The notes beneath the pieces were generated by a model. It did not search any database. It was not told where the DNA came from and was given only the letters and a program-made list of their open reading frames with translations. DNA of 64,000 nt, from the NCBI GenBank assembly GCA_963727445.1, contig CAVSGI010000009.1, forward strand, positions 256,001 through 320,000, written 5' to 3'. A program made the position numbers and the translations under genes. This document shows, piece by piece, positions 28,959-37,449 of this stretch (positions are counted from its first letter, which is position 1; each line of letters starts with the position of its first letter). Source of the DNA: an uncultured delta proteobacterium (GTDB taxonomy: Bacteria > Myxococcota_A > Polyangia > Polyangiales > B10-G4).

Positions 28959-30073
28959 TCGTCCCTCGCGAAAGAGACGACGCGCTTGATGCCCGAGGAC
29001 GGACCGACGAGAAGCTCTTTCGCCTCCTCCGGCGCGAAGCGGCCGGTGATCAGCGCCGCGACCTGCTTCGGCCATCGCTGATAGAAACGAGTGAGGTCCG
29101 CTACCGAAGCCTCGAAAGCGTCGGGGCCGGCGTTCACCGTGCCGAAGACCAACTGGTTCTGGAGCACCATGTTGCGCATCAGGTCGTCGGCCTCGAGGTT
29201 GATCGGACCCTTGCGGCCGGGGACGCCAGTGAACACGAAGACGCCGTTGGTGCCCAGGATGGACAGCGCATCGAAGGACACGCTGACTGCGCCCGTCGCC
29301 TCGTAGAAGAGGTCGATGTTCCCCACGCGCTCCTTCAAGGTGGCGAGCGACGTCGACTGGCTCGAGACGTAGCGCGCCCCGACCGACTCCACCCACTGCG
29401 CCTTTTCGCTGCCCTCTGGTTCGAGGGAGTAGACCCAGGTGTCGAAGCCGCGAATCACCAGCGCCAGCGCGCCGAGGAGCCCCACCGGCCCCGCACCGAG
29501 GACCACCGCCCGCTGCCCGCGTTCGTCGCCCTCGGGCTGACCAGCCATCGTCCACGGCAGCCGCTCCTGCACGTCCCACACCTGAATGAGCGCCTTCTCC
29601 GCGATGGTCAGCGGCTCCACCAGCACGCCCACCTCCCGCAGCTCCGGAGGAAGGACGTGCATGAAGCGCTGATCGTCCACCACCCGCTCGGTCATGAAGC
29701 CGTGGCGACCGTTGATGCCGCGTTCGGTGAAGTCGCCGGTGAAGCAGAAATCCTGTCGGCCGGCGGCGCAGGAACGGCATTCGGGGTGACCGCAGGGCCG
29801 GCGCACCATCGTCACCACCAGGTCGCCGGGCTCGACGCGTGTGACGCCCTTGCCCACCTCGACGACGCGGCCGAGGGACTCGTGCCCGATCACCAGATAG
29901 TCCGACCCGGTGGGCGGCGTGCCATAATCGAAGCGCGCGATCTCGCGATCGGTGCCGCAGACTCCGACGTCCAGGATCTCGAGGAGCACGTCGGTTGCGC
30001 TCGCGAGCTCCGGCTCGGGGTGGTCGACGACTTCGATCTTCTGGTTCGCGGGAAAGACGGCGACTGCGCGCAT
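28955..30073 (-). CDS. Zinc-dependent glucose 1-dehydrogenase (MDR family)
   Basis: GVCGTDREI, GHESLG, VRRPC..C..C, GAGPVG, GTVNA. Confidence 0.88.
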   Translation of the reverse strand: MRAVAVFPANQKIEVVDHPEPELASATDVLLEILDVGVCGTDREIARFDYGTPPTGSDYLVIGHESLGRVVEVGKGVTRVEPGDLVVTMVRRPCGHPECRSCAAGRQDFCFTGDFTERGINGRHGFMTERVVDDQRFMHVLPPELREVGVLVEPLTIAEKALIQVWDVQERLPWTMAGQPEGDERGQRAVVLGAGPVGLLGALALVIRGFDTWVYSLEPEGSEKAQWVESVGARYVSSQSTSLATLKERVGNIDLFYEATGAVSVSFDALSILGTNGVFVFTGVPGRKGPINLEADDLMRNMVLQNQLVFGTVNAGPDAFEASVADLTRFYQRWPKQVAALITGRFAPEEAKELLVGPSSGIKRVVSFARDE

Positions 30074-30124
30074 GCTGGTACCTCCAGACGTCCTCTGTAG
30101 TCGCGAGCTCGTCCGACGCCAGTG

Positions 30125-30529
30125 CTACTGCCTGATGAGGCGCGGGTAGTAGCTGCCGGCGTCCTTGACGATCTCGTCACCCTCGCGCCAGCTGTTCACC
30201 TGTGCGTGATAACCCTCGGGGGGCAGCGGCTGCATGGTGCTCATCGACAGCGCGCCTGCGCTGTGTGCATCGCCGACGGCGACCGTACCCTCGACGCCAT
30301 CGGCGGTGCGGTAGTGGATCTGCAGGTAGGGCATGTAGGTCGAGCCCACGCCCGTCTTGACCTTGATCTTCAGGACCTCGATGTGGGTGACCACCCCCGT
30401 CCAGCTCGCAGCGGTTGCTTCCCGAACGCGCTTCTGTCGCCGCCCAAGGACGAGGACCAGCGTGATGGGGACGGCGATCAAGAAGAGCATCGCCAAGACG
30501 CCCCCTGCGATTCCCAGCGCCCGTTCCAC
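30125..30529 (-). CDS. Hypothetical membrane-anchored protein
   Basis: N-terminal TM, coding-like codon usage. Confidence 0.6.
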   Translation of the reverse strand: MERALGIAGGVLAMLFLIAVPITLVLVLGRRQKRVREATAASWTGVVTHIEVLKIKVKTGVGSTYMPYLQIHYRTADGVEGTVAVGDAHSAGALSMSTMQPLPPEGYHAQVNSWREGDEIVKDAGSYYPRLIRQ

Positions 30530-30587
30530 GAAGGCACGCTAACATCCAGCGAGCCCGGAGCGGCTCCGCTCAGCCGACCCGGCGTGC

Positions 30588-31538
30588 TCAGCGACAGGAG
30601 AGCATGACGTCCGGCTCGCGGCGGTGGGGATAGCTGAGAACGGTTCCGTACTCGAAGGCGCCGCCCACCACGTCGAAGGTCACCGTGCCGTCCGTGGTTC
30701 CCTGATGGCCGGTCGTGTAGGTGATGGCCCAGTCGCCCAGCACCATGCTCTGGCCCGTCACCGGATGCGTGGCCGAGACGTCCACCAATCGCGTTGGGAG
30801 GGCGTCCGTGTTCGAGGTGAGGTTCGAGATCTGACCGGAGGGCGATTCGATGTGCCAGACCAGCGCGGCACCGTGCTTCTCTTCGTCGACTTCGATCACG
30901 GTCTGTAGCTGAAGACCGCCGAGGCGTGCGGCGATCTCGTCGGTGTCGATCTCGATCGTCCCCGACTCCGCGCTGATCCCGAGGAGCTCCGCGAGCGGGG
31001 CGGTGCCGCCGAAGTCCACCGTGAGGTTGGTGGCGGTGTGACCGGTGAGGTCGACGGACGCCGACGCCGTGACGGTGAACTCGGTGAACCAGTTGGCCGG
31101 ATCGAAGAGGTCGTAGGGGATCACGTCACCGGCTTCGCCGAAGGACGTCGCCTCGGAGAGGTGGACCGACATGCGCATCACGCCGGAGGTGTAGATCCCG
31201 TCGCCTTCGTAGGTGAAGGAGCCCGGATGGCCATCCGATCCGGCGGCGACGTCGACCAGAAGAAAGATGAGGTTGTTGACGAAGCCCTGGGCGAGCTGGC
31301 CGCAGGTGACGAGCTCGGAGATGCTGTCGCGAAAGCCGCGGGCGACGTCGAGGTTCAGCTCCACGGTCGCGGGATCGAGGCCGGCGGTGCAGGTCTCGAG
31401 ACCGGGGTGGCCGTCCATCTCGAGCGCGTCGACGGGCGGGTCGGTGTTCGGCTCGTCGTTCGGATCCGGCGGATTGATGGTCTGACAGCCGGCGAGAAGA
31501 ACGACGGAAAGGGCGAGATTCGAGGCAAGAAAGCGCAT
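30588..31538 (-). CDS. Hypothetical lipoprotein
   Basis: Lipobox LAGC; GC3 bias. Confidence 0.75.
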   Translation of the reverse strand: MRFLASNLALSVVLLAGCQTINPPDPNDEPNTDPPVDALEMDGHPGLETCTAGLDPATVELNLDVARGFRDSISELVTCGQLAQGFVNNLIFLLVDVAAGSDGHPGSFTYEGDGIYTSGVMRMSVHLSEATSFGEAGDVIPYDLFDPANWFTEFTVTASASVDLTGHTATNLTVDFGGTAPLAELLGISAESGTIEIDTDEIAARLGGLQLQTVIEVDEEKHGAALVWHIESPSGQISNLTSNTDALPTRLVDVSATHPVTGQSMVLGDWAITYTTGHQGTTDGTVTFDVVGGAFEYGTVLSYPHRREPDVMLSCR

Positions 31539-31655
31539 ATGGACCTACAGACGGCGGCGCCGTCCCCGCATTCTAGCGCGTGCGGCGAAAGCCCGGGTCG
31601 ACATCGCGTCAGCGCCCTTGGTCCCTCCTCGGTCGCTCTGGCACCATCCGCCGCC

Positions 31656-32276
31656 ATGACCGAATCGATCACCCTCTACGGCTTCGGCGACGTGGACCGG
31701 AGCGGAAAAGTGCGATGGCTCGCGAACGAGCTCGGCCTCGAGGTGAAAGAGGAGCGGGTGAAGCTCGGCGAGCACAGAAAGCCGCCCTACACCGAGCTCA
31801 ACCCGATGAAGCAGGTTCCCACGGTGGTCTTTCGCGGCGACACGCTGATCGAGAGCACCGCCGCCTGCCAGACCATCGCGGAGGCGTTCACCGATCCGAA
31901 GCTGTGGCGCGGGCCGGGCGACGAAGGGCGCCGCGAGTATCTCTTCTGGATCTCCGCGTGCGCCGAGACCCTCGAGGGGCGCCTGGTCGAAGCGACGCTC
32001 AGCAAGGCCGGCGTCCTCGACGAACGCTACTTCGAGCTGCACGAGCGCGTCCTGCGCTCGAAGCTGCGCGCGCTCGTGCAGAAGCTCCCCGAGGAAGGCT
32101 ACCTCTGCGGCGACTTCACCTTCGCCGACATCGTTGCAGGCTACAGCTTCCGACTCGCGGCGGGGATCGACCTCGCCCCGTGGGCCGACGTCGAAGCCTA
32201 TCTCCGCCGCCTCGCGGCCCGTCCTGCCGCGCAGAAGGCCCGCTTCTTCCAGAGCATCGAGGCGCGCCTCGGCTGA
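31656..32276 (+). CDS. Glutathione S-transferase family protein
   Basis: RSGKVRW..ELG, ELNPMKQVPT, IESTA, YLCGDFTFADI, RPAAQKA. Confidence 0.9.
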   Translation: MTESITLYGFGDVDRSGKVRWLANELGLEVKEERVKLGEHRKPPYTELNPMKQVPTVVFRGDTLIESTAACQTIAEAFTDPKLWRGPGDEGRREYLFWISACAETLEGRLVEATLSKAGVLDERYFELHERVLRSKLRALVQKLPEEGYLCGDFTFADIVAGYSFRLAAGIDLAPWADVEAYLRRLAARPAAQKARFFQSIEARLG

Positions 32277-32277
32277 C

Positions 32278-32425
32278 GTGGAGCTCCACGCCCAACGGCC
32301 GGGTCGTGAGTACGACGACGCCTTCTGGCACGCCGTCCACGCTCTGTACGACGAAGCTTTTCCCGGACTGCCCGCGGGCATCGCCCGAGCGCGCGCGCTC
32401 GGCGTGCGCTGGCGCGACGTGACGT
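32278..32425 (+). pseudogene. 5' fragment of a probable GNAT acetyltransferase
   Basis: GTG just after the GST stop: VELHAQRPGREYDDAFWHAVHALYDEAFPGLPAGIARARALGVRWRDVTS, cut off by a tandem repeat; family call from recall. Confidence 0.45.
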
Positions 32426-32525
32426 CTGTCCGTCTTGACAGACCGCCCGCCCGAGGCGACCGCTCGCCCGACGCGTCCTGTCCGTCTTGACGGACCGCTC
32501 GCCCGAGGCGACCGCTCACCGACGG
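32426..32525. repeat. Two ~52 bp tandem repeats with palindrome GTCCGTC-TT-GACGGAC and 17 bp subunits
   Basis: Units start at 32426 and 32478; gaccgcYcgcccga-like subunit occurs four times. Confidence 0.75.
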
Positions 32526-32629
32526 GCTGAAGCGGGGCGCCTGGCGACAGCCGCGCTCGCCGTGCACACGGCTCGCGGCGGTGCCTTGCCCAACCGCCAA
32601 GGAGCAGGGGAGCGAGGAGCACGTCACGG

Positions 32630-32726
32630 CGGAGCGCTACGAAGTGTTCGCGTCGTCGTTCACGTCACCGCCCGTCGAAGGAAGACTTCGCGCGATGCGT
32701 CTCCGCCTCGCCGACGTCGCTGGGCT
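32630..32726 (+). repeat. Diverged 97 bp duplicate of 34777-34873 (upstream region and first codons of the WD40 gene)
   Basis: Shared core cgaaggaagacttcgcgcgatgcgtctccgcctcgccga. Confidence 0.85.
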
Positions 32727-32881
32727 CGACGGTCGTGGCCATCTCGGGTAATCGCAGGGCTTCAAGCAGTTCTACCTGATCGTTCAACGCCGATCATCAC
32801 GGGCCCGGTGGAAGACAACGCGCCCGGCGGAGAGAGGGTCGAGTGGTACGACACGATCCAGCTCGATCCGTGACCGCGGCG

Positions 32882-32908
32882 CGGGGAGATCGAAACCCGG
32901 TTGGCGCC
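32882..32908 (+). mobile_element. Solo left terminal repeat of the HUH-transposase element
   Basis: cggggagatcgaaacccggttggcgcc vs 49278 cggggagat(gat)cgtaacccggttggcgcc. Confidence 0.8.
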
Positions 32909-33068
32909 CCATGCCGACCAGAGCAACGACGGCGCAAGTCGGCGATCTCGAGCGTTCGCGTCGCGTCGATGAGCGACAGGATCCCGTAGGGCGCGTTCCG
33001 TCGGCGCGTGTTGAGCGCCTTCTGCACACGGATGAGCTGGTGGGAGCGTAGCCCACCGCCCATCCGCC

Positions 33069-33310
33069 GTCACACCCGGGCCGGTCTCGCAGCGGTCGAC
33101 GCGCTCACTTCGCGCGGGGCTTCATCGCGCAGCGCGTCCAGCACCCGCGTCGCGAAGGTCCAGGTGTCGTGAGGCATGCGCGCCGTCAGGAAGGGCCCGT
33201 CTTGAACGACGAGACGAGGTGGTCCGCATGTGGGCTTCCACGCACGGCCTGCTCACGCTGCATGGACAGCCCAACGACGATGCCCGGGCCCCAGGTGAAC
33301 GCCTTCGGAG
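33069..33310 (-). pseudogene. Frameshifted C-terminal fragment resembling DJ-1/PfpI proteins
   Basis: ...GSPHADHL / LVVQDGPFLTARMPHDTWTFATRVLDALR; family call from recall. Confidence 0.45.
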
Positions 33311-33362
33311 CGCCTCGATACGGACGTCGGCGCCGCTCACGCCCGCGGTGTAGCCTCGACGC

Positions 33363-34682
33363 GTGACCACACGAGCCCCGGATAGCGAGCCACTCGGCCC
33401 GGTCGACAACGCGTGGCTACGCATGGAGAGGCCGGAGAACCCGATGGTGATCACCGGCATCCTGACGTTCGGGGAGCGGATCGTACACGAAGATCTTCGG
33501 GCGCTCGTCGTCGGAAGGCTCCTGCGCTTCCGCCGCTTCCGCCAGCGCGTCATGCGACGTGGGCCCCGAGACGTGGGCTACTGGGAGGACGCACCCGACT
33601 TCGACGTCGGAGCGCATGTGGTCGAGGAGGAGCTTCCAGCACCCGCCGATCGGAGCACGGTGTCGCGACGCGTCAGCGAGCTCATGAGTCAGCCACTCTC
33701 CCTCGACGATCCGCCCTGGCGCATCCATCACCTGGTCGGCTTCGACGGGGACAAGAGCCTGCTCGTGTGCCGGCTGCATCATTGCATCGCCGATGGGTTC
33801 GCGCTGATGCACGTGATGATGTCGTTGACCGATGATGATCCGGACGAGAAGACCGAGGGCGTGCCGCCGGGCGGCGCCGCGACCCGCGGCCGTCGCCTCG
33901 GAGACGCCGAGGGGATACCCGCACGCGTTGTCGAGGCGACTTCACGCCTCTTCGCTGGCCTGCGCCATCTCCTGTTCATGACGAACGAGCCTGCGAGCCC
34001 ATTTCGTGCAGAGCTCACCGGTGCCAAGCGCGCTGCCTGGTCGCGCCCGATTCCCCTCGACCGCATCAAGAGGATCGGGCACGCCCACGGTGGCACGGTG
34101 AATGACGTGCTTCTCGCCGCGGCGACCGGCGCCCTTCGGCGCCACGCCATCTCGCGCGGCCATCCGATGACCAACGCGGAGATCCGCGCCATCGTGCCCG
34201 TCGCGCTTCGCGAACGGTCCGAAATGGAAGAGCTCGGGAACTACTTCGGCCTGGTCTTCCTCGAGCTCCCCATCGGCGTCGCCGACCCACGCGGGCGACT
34301 GCTCGCCGTCGAGGAGCGCATCGCGAAGCTCAAGCACTCCGGCGAAGCACTGCTGGCCTATTACATCCTCGCTCTGGCCGGTGTCGCGACCCGGGCGGTC
34401 GAGGACCTCGTCATCCGCATTTTCGGCGCCAAGACCTCCCTGGTCGTCACCAACGTGCCCGGTCCGAAGGCCCATCGCTGGCTCGTCGGCCATCGCATCG
34501 AGACGATCATGTTCTGGGTCCCACAGTCCGCGAAGGTCGGGCTCGGGGTCAGTCTCTTCAGCTACGCCGGCGCGGTGCGGATCGGCGTCGCCACGGACCT
34601 GGCCATCACCGACGACCCCGAGGCGATCGTCCTGGCGTTCGCCGACGAGCTCGACGCGCTCGAAGAGGCGACTCTGTCGTGA
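33363..34682 (+). CDS. Wax ester synthase/diacylglycerol acyltransferase
   Basis: DNAWLRME, HHCIADG catalytic motif, GTVNDV, VTNVPGP, SLFSYAG. Confidence 0.93.
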   Translation: MTTRAPDSEPLGPVDNAWLRMERPENPMVITGILTFGERIVHEDLRALVVGRLLRFRRFRQRVMRRGPRDVGYWEDAPDFDVGAHVVEEELPAPADRSTVSRRVSELMSQPLSLDDPPWRIHHLVGFDGDKSLLVCRLHHCIADGFALMHVMMSLTDDDPDEKTEGVPPGGAATRGRRLGDAEGIPARVVEATSRLFAGLRHLLFMTNEPASPFRAELTGAKRAAWSRPIPLDRIKRIGHAHGGTVNDVLLAAATGALRRHAISRGHPMTNAEIRAIVPVALRERSEMEELGNYFGLVFLELPIGVADPRGRLLAVEERIAKLKHSGEALLAYYILALAGVATRAVEDLVIRIFGAKTSLVVTNVPGPKAHRWLVGHRIETIMFWVPQSAKVGLGVSLFSYAGAVRIGVATDLAITDDPEAIVLAFADELDALEEATLS

Positions 34683-34841
34683 TGTGGCGGTCCGTGGGTC
34701 GCGGATGGAGCCCGCCGTTCCGCCGCCGGTCCCTTCCGACGGGACGCGAGGCGGGGGCTGGTCGCGCCCGCGGTGACGGATCGCTACGAAGCGTTCGCTT
34801 CGTCGTTGACGTCACGGCCCCTCGAAGGAAGACTTCGCGCG

Positions 34842-35816
34842 ATGCGTCTCCGCCTCGCCGAAGTCGCTGGGCTGTCGGCCCGGCCCAATTCGCTCGCGGC
34901 GTCACCGGATGGTGAGACCATCGCTTGCACCCTCTTCGAGACGAAGAAGCTTCGCATCGGCGAGGCCGACACATTGGCGGAGCGCAAGACGATTCACCTC
35001 GGACAAGCGTTCACGCGCGGCTGCGCGTTTTCGGCGGACTCGAGTGAGGTCGTGGCGGGACAGAAGGAGCTGAAGGTCTTCTCGCTCGCGACATACAAGC
35101 CGGTCCGAAAGCTCGAGGGTCATCGGCACGACGTGACCCACGTCCAGCTCTGCGCCTCGGGGACGTTGGCGATCACCGCGAGCGGAGTCAATGTGGAGAA
35201 GGCCGACTGCTCCGTGCGAACCTGGGACTTCGCGTCGGGCAAAGAGCTGTCCCGCTGGAAGCTCCCGACCGCGGTGGACGGTCTCGCGGTGCGACCCGAC
35301 GGGTCGTTCGCGATCGGCGTGACCGCTGGCGGAGAGATCGTCGGAGGCGTGCCCGGCCAGAAGGAGCCGCTCTGGACGAGCCGGGCGCCTTCGCCCCCCA
35401 AGCGCGCGCACGGGATCCTGGTGTCGGCCGTATTGCCATCCGACCTCGAGACGGCCTGGATCGGCGGCCATCAGGGAGAGCTGTTCGAGGTCTCCGCCGC
35501 CGACGGCTCGATGATGCGTCAGGTCCGCCAGGCCGACCCCTGGTCGCATGTCGCCGCCGCGCTCGTGGATCTTCCGGAGAGTGCATGCTTCCTCGCCGGC
35601 TTTCATCTTCCAGGACACCTCCGAAAGGCCGCCATCGACCAACGGGGGGCCCGCGATGCGCACATCGCGGTGCTCGATCGCGACGGGGTCGAGGTGTGTT
35701 GGGCACCTGTCGAAGCGGGGCTCGTCGTCGCTGTCGCCGCGAGCTCGAACGGCGACGCCATCTTCGCCGCGACCGCGGAACCCGACGCGCTGCGTCGTTA
35801 CGTCGTCGAGCGGTAA
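34842..35816 (+). CDS. WD40-repeat beta-propeller protein
   Basis: LAASPDG, LEGHRHDV, SVRTWD, VRPDG. Confidence 0.75.
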   Translation: MRLRLAEVAGLSARPNSLAASPDGETIACTLFETKKLRIGEADTLAERKTIHLGQAFTRGCAFSADSSEVVAGQKELKVFSLATYKPVRKLEGHRHDVTHVQLCASGTLAITASGVNVEKADCSVRTWDFASGKELSRWKLPTAVDGLAVRPDGSFAIGVTAGGEIVGGVPGQKEPLWTSRAPSPPKRAHGILVSAVLPSDLETAWIGGHQGELFEVSAADGSMMRQVRQADPWSHVAAALVDLPESACFLAGFHLPGHLRKAAIDQRGARDAHIAVLDRDGVEVCWAPVEAGLVVAVAASSNGDAIFAATAEPDALRRYVVER

Positions 35817-35828
35817 CGGGGCCGGGGC

Positions 35829-37377
35829 CGGGGGAGATCGTAACCATGTTGGGATCGCGGGGGAGATCGTAACCATGTTGGCGCCGAGCCAGGGACGCCA
35901 GCACCACTGAGGGCCGAAAGTCGCGACAAAACCGCCGGTGGCGGCCGCCGGCGGAGTGGCGGACTTTCGCCACATGATCGGCGTAAGTGGTTGAAATGAG
36001 GTCGCCGATTTGTGGCGCCGTTCTGGCAGTGGGCGCGGAGCCATGTCCGCCCTCCGCAAGCCAAAAACCGCCTACGACCGCCACCTGCGCAGCCGACGAC
36101 GTCGGCGCAGCCGTCGTAAGCGCGTCCTGAAGGGCAAGATCTGGACGACGGTCCGCCGGACGACGCGACGTTACTTCCTCTTCCGGCCGGATGAAGAAGG
36201 AAAGGTAGCGGAGATCTTCTGGTACTGCCTCGCAGTCGCGGCGAAGAAGCACGGCATCGCCGTGCATGCCGCGGTGCTGATGTCGACGCACATCCACCTC
36301 GTCTACACCGACGTGCGCGGCGTGCAGCCCGACTTCAAGCGTGACTTCCACCGCACCTTCGCCCAGGGCCTGAAGGCGCTGCTCGGCTGGCCCGAGGAGG
36401 TCTTCAACAAGTACTTGGGCGGTGAGCACGAGCCGCTCACGGCCGACGCGGTCGCGGACGACATCGCCTACCTCATCGCCAATCCGGTCTCGGCCTTCGC
36501 CGTCCGCTACGCGAAGGACTGGCCCGGGGCCCAGACGCTGCCGAGGGACATCGGCCGGCGCGTCATCGAGGTGGCGCGGCCTGACGGCTACTTCGACGCC
36601 AACAATCCCGACTGGCCCGCGAAGGCGACGCTTCGCCTCGAGATGCCGGAGTGCCTCGTGACCATGTACGGAGAGGACGGAGCGCGCGCGAACCTCGCGC
36701 GTCGCGTGCGCGACTACGAGCGCGCGGCGTTCGCCGAGGCGAAGCAAGAGGGGATCGCCTTCAAGGGGGTGCGTCGGTGCATGCGGGTGGCGCGCACGGC
36801 ACGTGCGCGGAGCTGGGAGCTCTTCGGCAAGCTCAATCCTCGCTTCAAGGCCAGCGGTGACCTGGGCGCGGCGCGCGCCGCCATCGAAGAAAACGCGCAG
36901 TTCGACGAGGACTACGAAGCAGCGCTCGCGCGCTGGACCGCGGGCGACCGGCGGGTCGTCTTCCCTCACGGCACGTGGTGGATGCGCGTCCATCACGGGG
37001 TGCGGGTCGCACCCGCCCCGCGACGTCGGCTCTCTTCGTAGCGCCCTTCACGGCGCCCGGTCGGGCTCCCTGCGTGTCTGCGCCAAGCGCGGACGCGCAG
37101 CGGCGCGTCCGTCGGTCGCGTCCGACGCGACGCATGACGGTGACGGCGGTCGATTCCGCTCGAGGCGTGCGGTGATCCGCGACGCGCGGCGTCATCCCGG
37201 CCTCAGGTCCGACGCGCCATCGCTCCTTGCGCCGCTCCGCCCACCATCTGGGCTCGTCACTCCTCCGCCAACCTGGTCACGATCTCCCCCCCATCTCCCC
37301 CCGCCATCGCTCCTTGCGCCGCTCCGCCCACCATCTGGGCTCGTCACTCCTCCGCCAACCTGGTCACGATCTCCCCC
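35829..37377 (+). mobile_element. TIR-bounded HUH/Y1 transposase element, copy 1 (core 35859-37290, both ends duplicated)
   Basis: Left GGGGGAGATCGTAACCATGTTGG twice (35830, 35859); right CGCCAACCTGGTCACGATCTCCCCC twice (37266, 37353); near-identical to 49279-50713. Confidence 0.9.
36043..37041 (+). CDS. Y1 HUH tyrosine transposase (RAYT/IS200-like) with C-terminal extension
   Basis: HUH motif LMSTHIHLV, catalytic Tyr in YLIANPV, DWPG, FPHGTWWMR; 332 aa. Confidence 0.9.
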   Translation: MSALRKPKTAYDRHLRSRRRRRSRRKRVLKGKIWTTVRRTTRRYFLFRPDEEGKVAEIFWYCLAVAAKKHGIAVHAAVLMSTHIHLVYTDVRGVQPDFKRDFHRTFAQGLKALLGWPEEVFNKYLGGEHEPLTADAVADDIAYLIANPVSAFAVRYAKDWPGAQTLPRDIGRRVIEVARPDGYFDANNPDWPAKATLRLEMPECLVTMYGEDGARANLARRVRDYERAAFAEAKQEGIAFKGVRRCMRVARTARARSWELFGKLNPRFKASGDLGAARAAIEENAQFDEDYEAALARWTAGDRRVVFPHGTWWMRVHHGVRVAPAPRRRLSS

Positions 37378-37449
37378 GAGGGTAGAATGCTGTCGATTCC
37401 GCGTATACCGGCCCGAGACCCCGGCCCGAGACCGAGAATGCCGATTCAA

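Noticed and set aside
26241..29780. 1179 aa glucosidase
   Set aside because: The N-terminal extension is an alternative frame over the glucose dehydrogenase gene; conserved sequence starts near 28958
32630..32726. Template/variable repeat of a diversity-generating retroelement
   Set aside because: Differences are not confined to adenines, the copy is of a 5' end, and no reverse transcriptase is in the window
35829..35883. Repeated 24-31 bp motifs as a CRISPR array
   Set aside because: Only two or three units per site, spacers of a few bases, inverted pairing around a transposase, and no cas genes in the window
37042..37377. tnpB/iscB nuclease downstream of the Y1 transposase
   Set aside because: Only about 250 bp before the end; no ORF with RuvC or Zn-finger motifs
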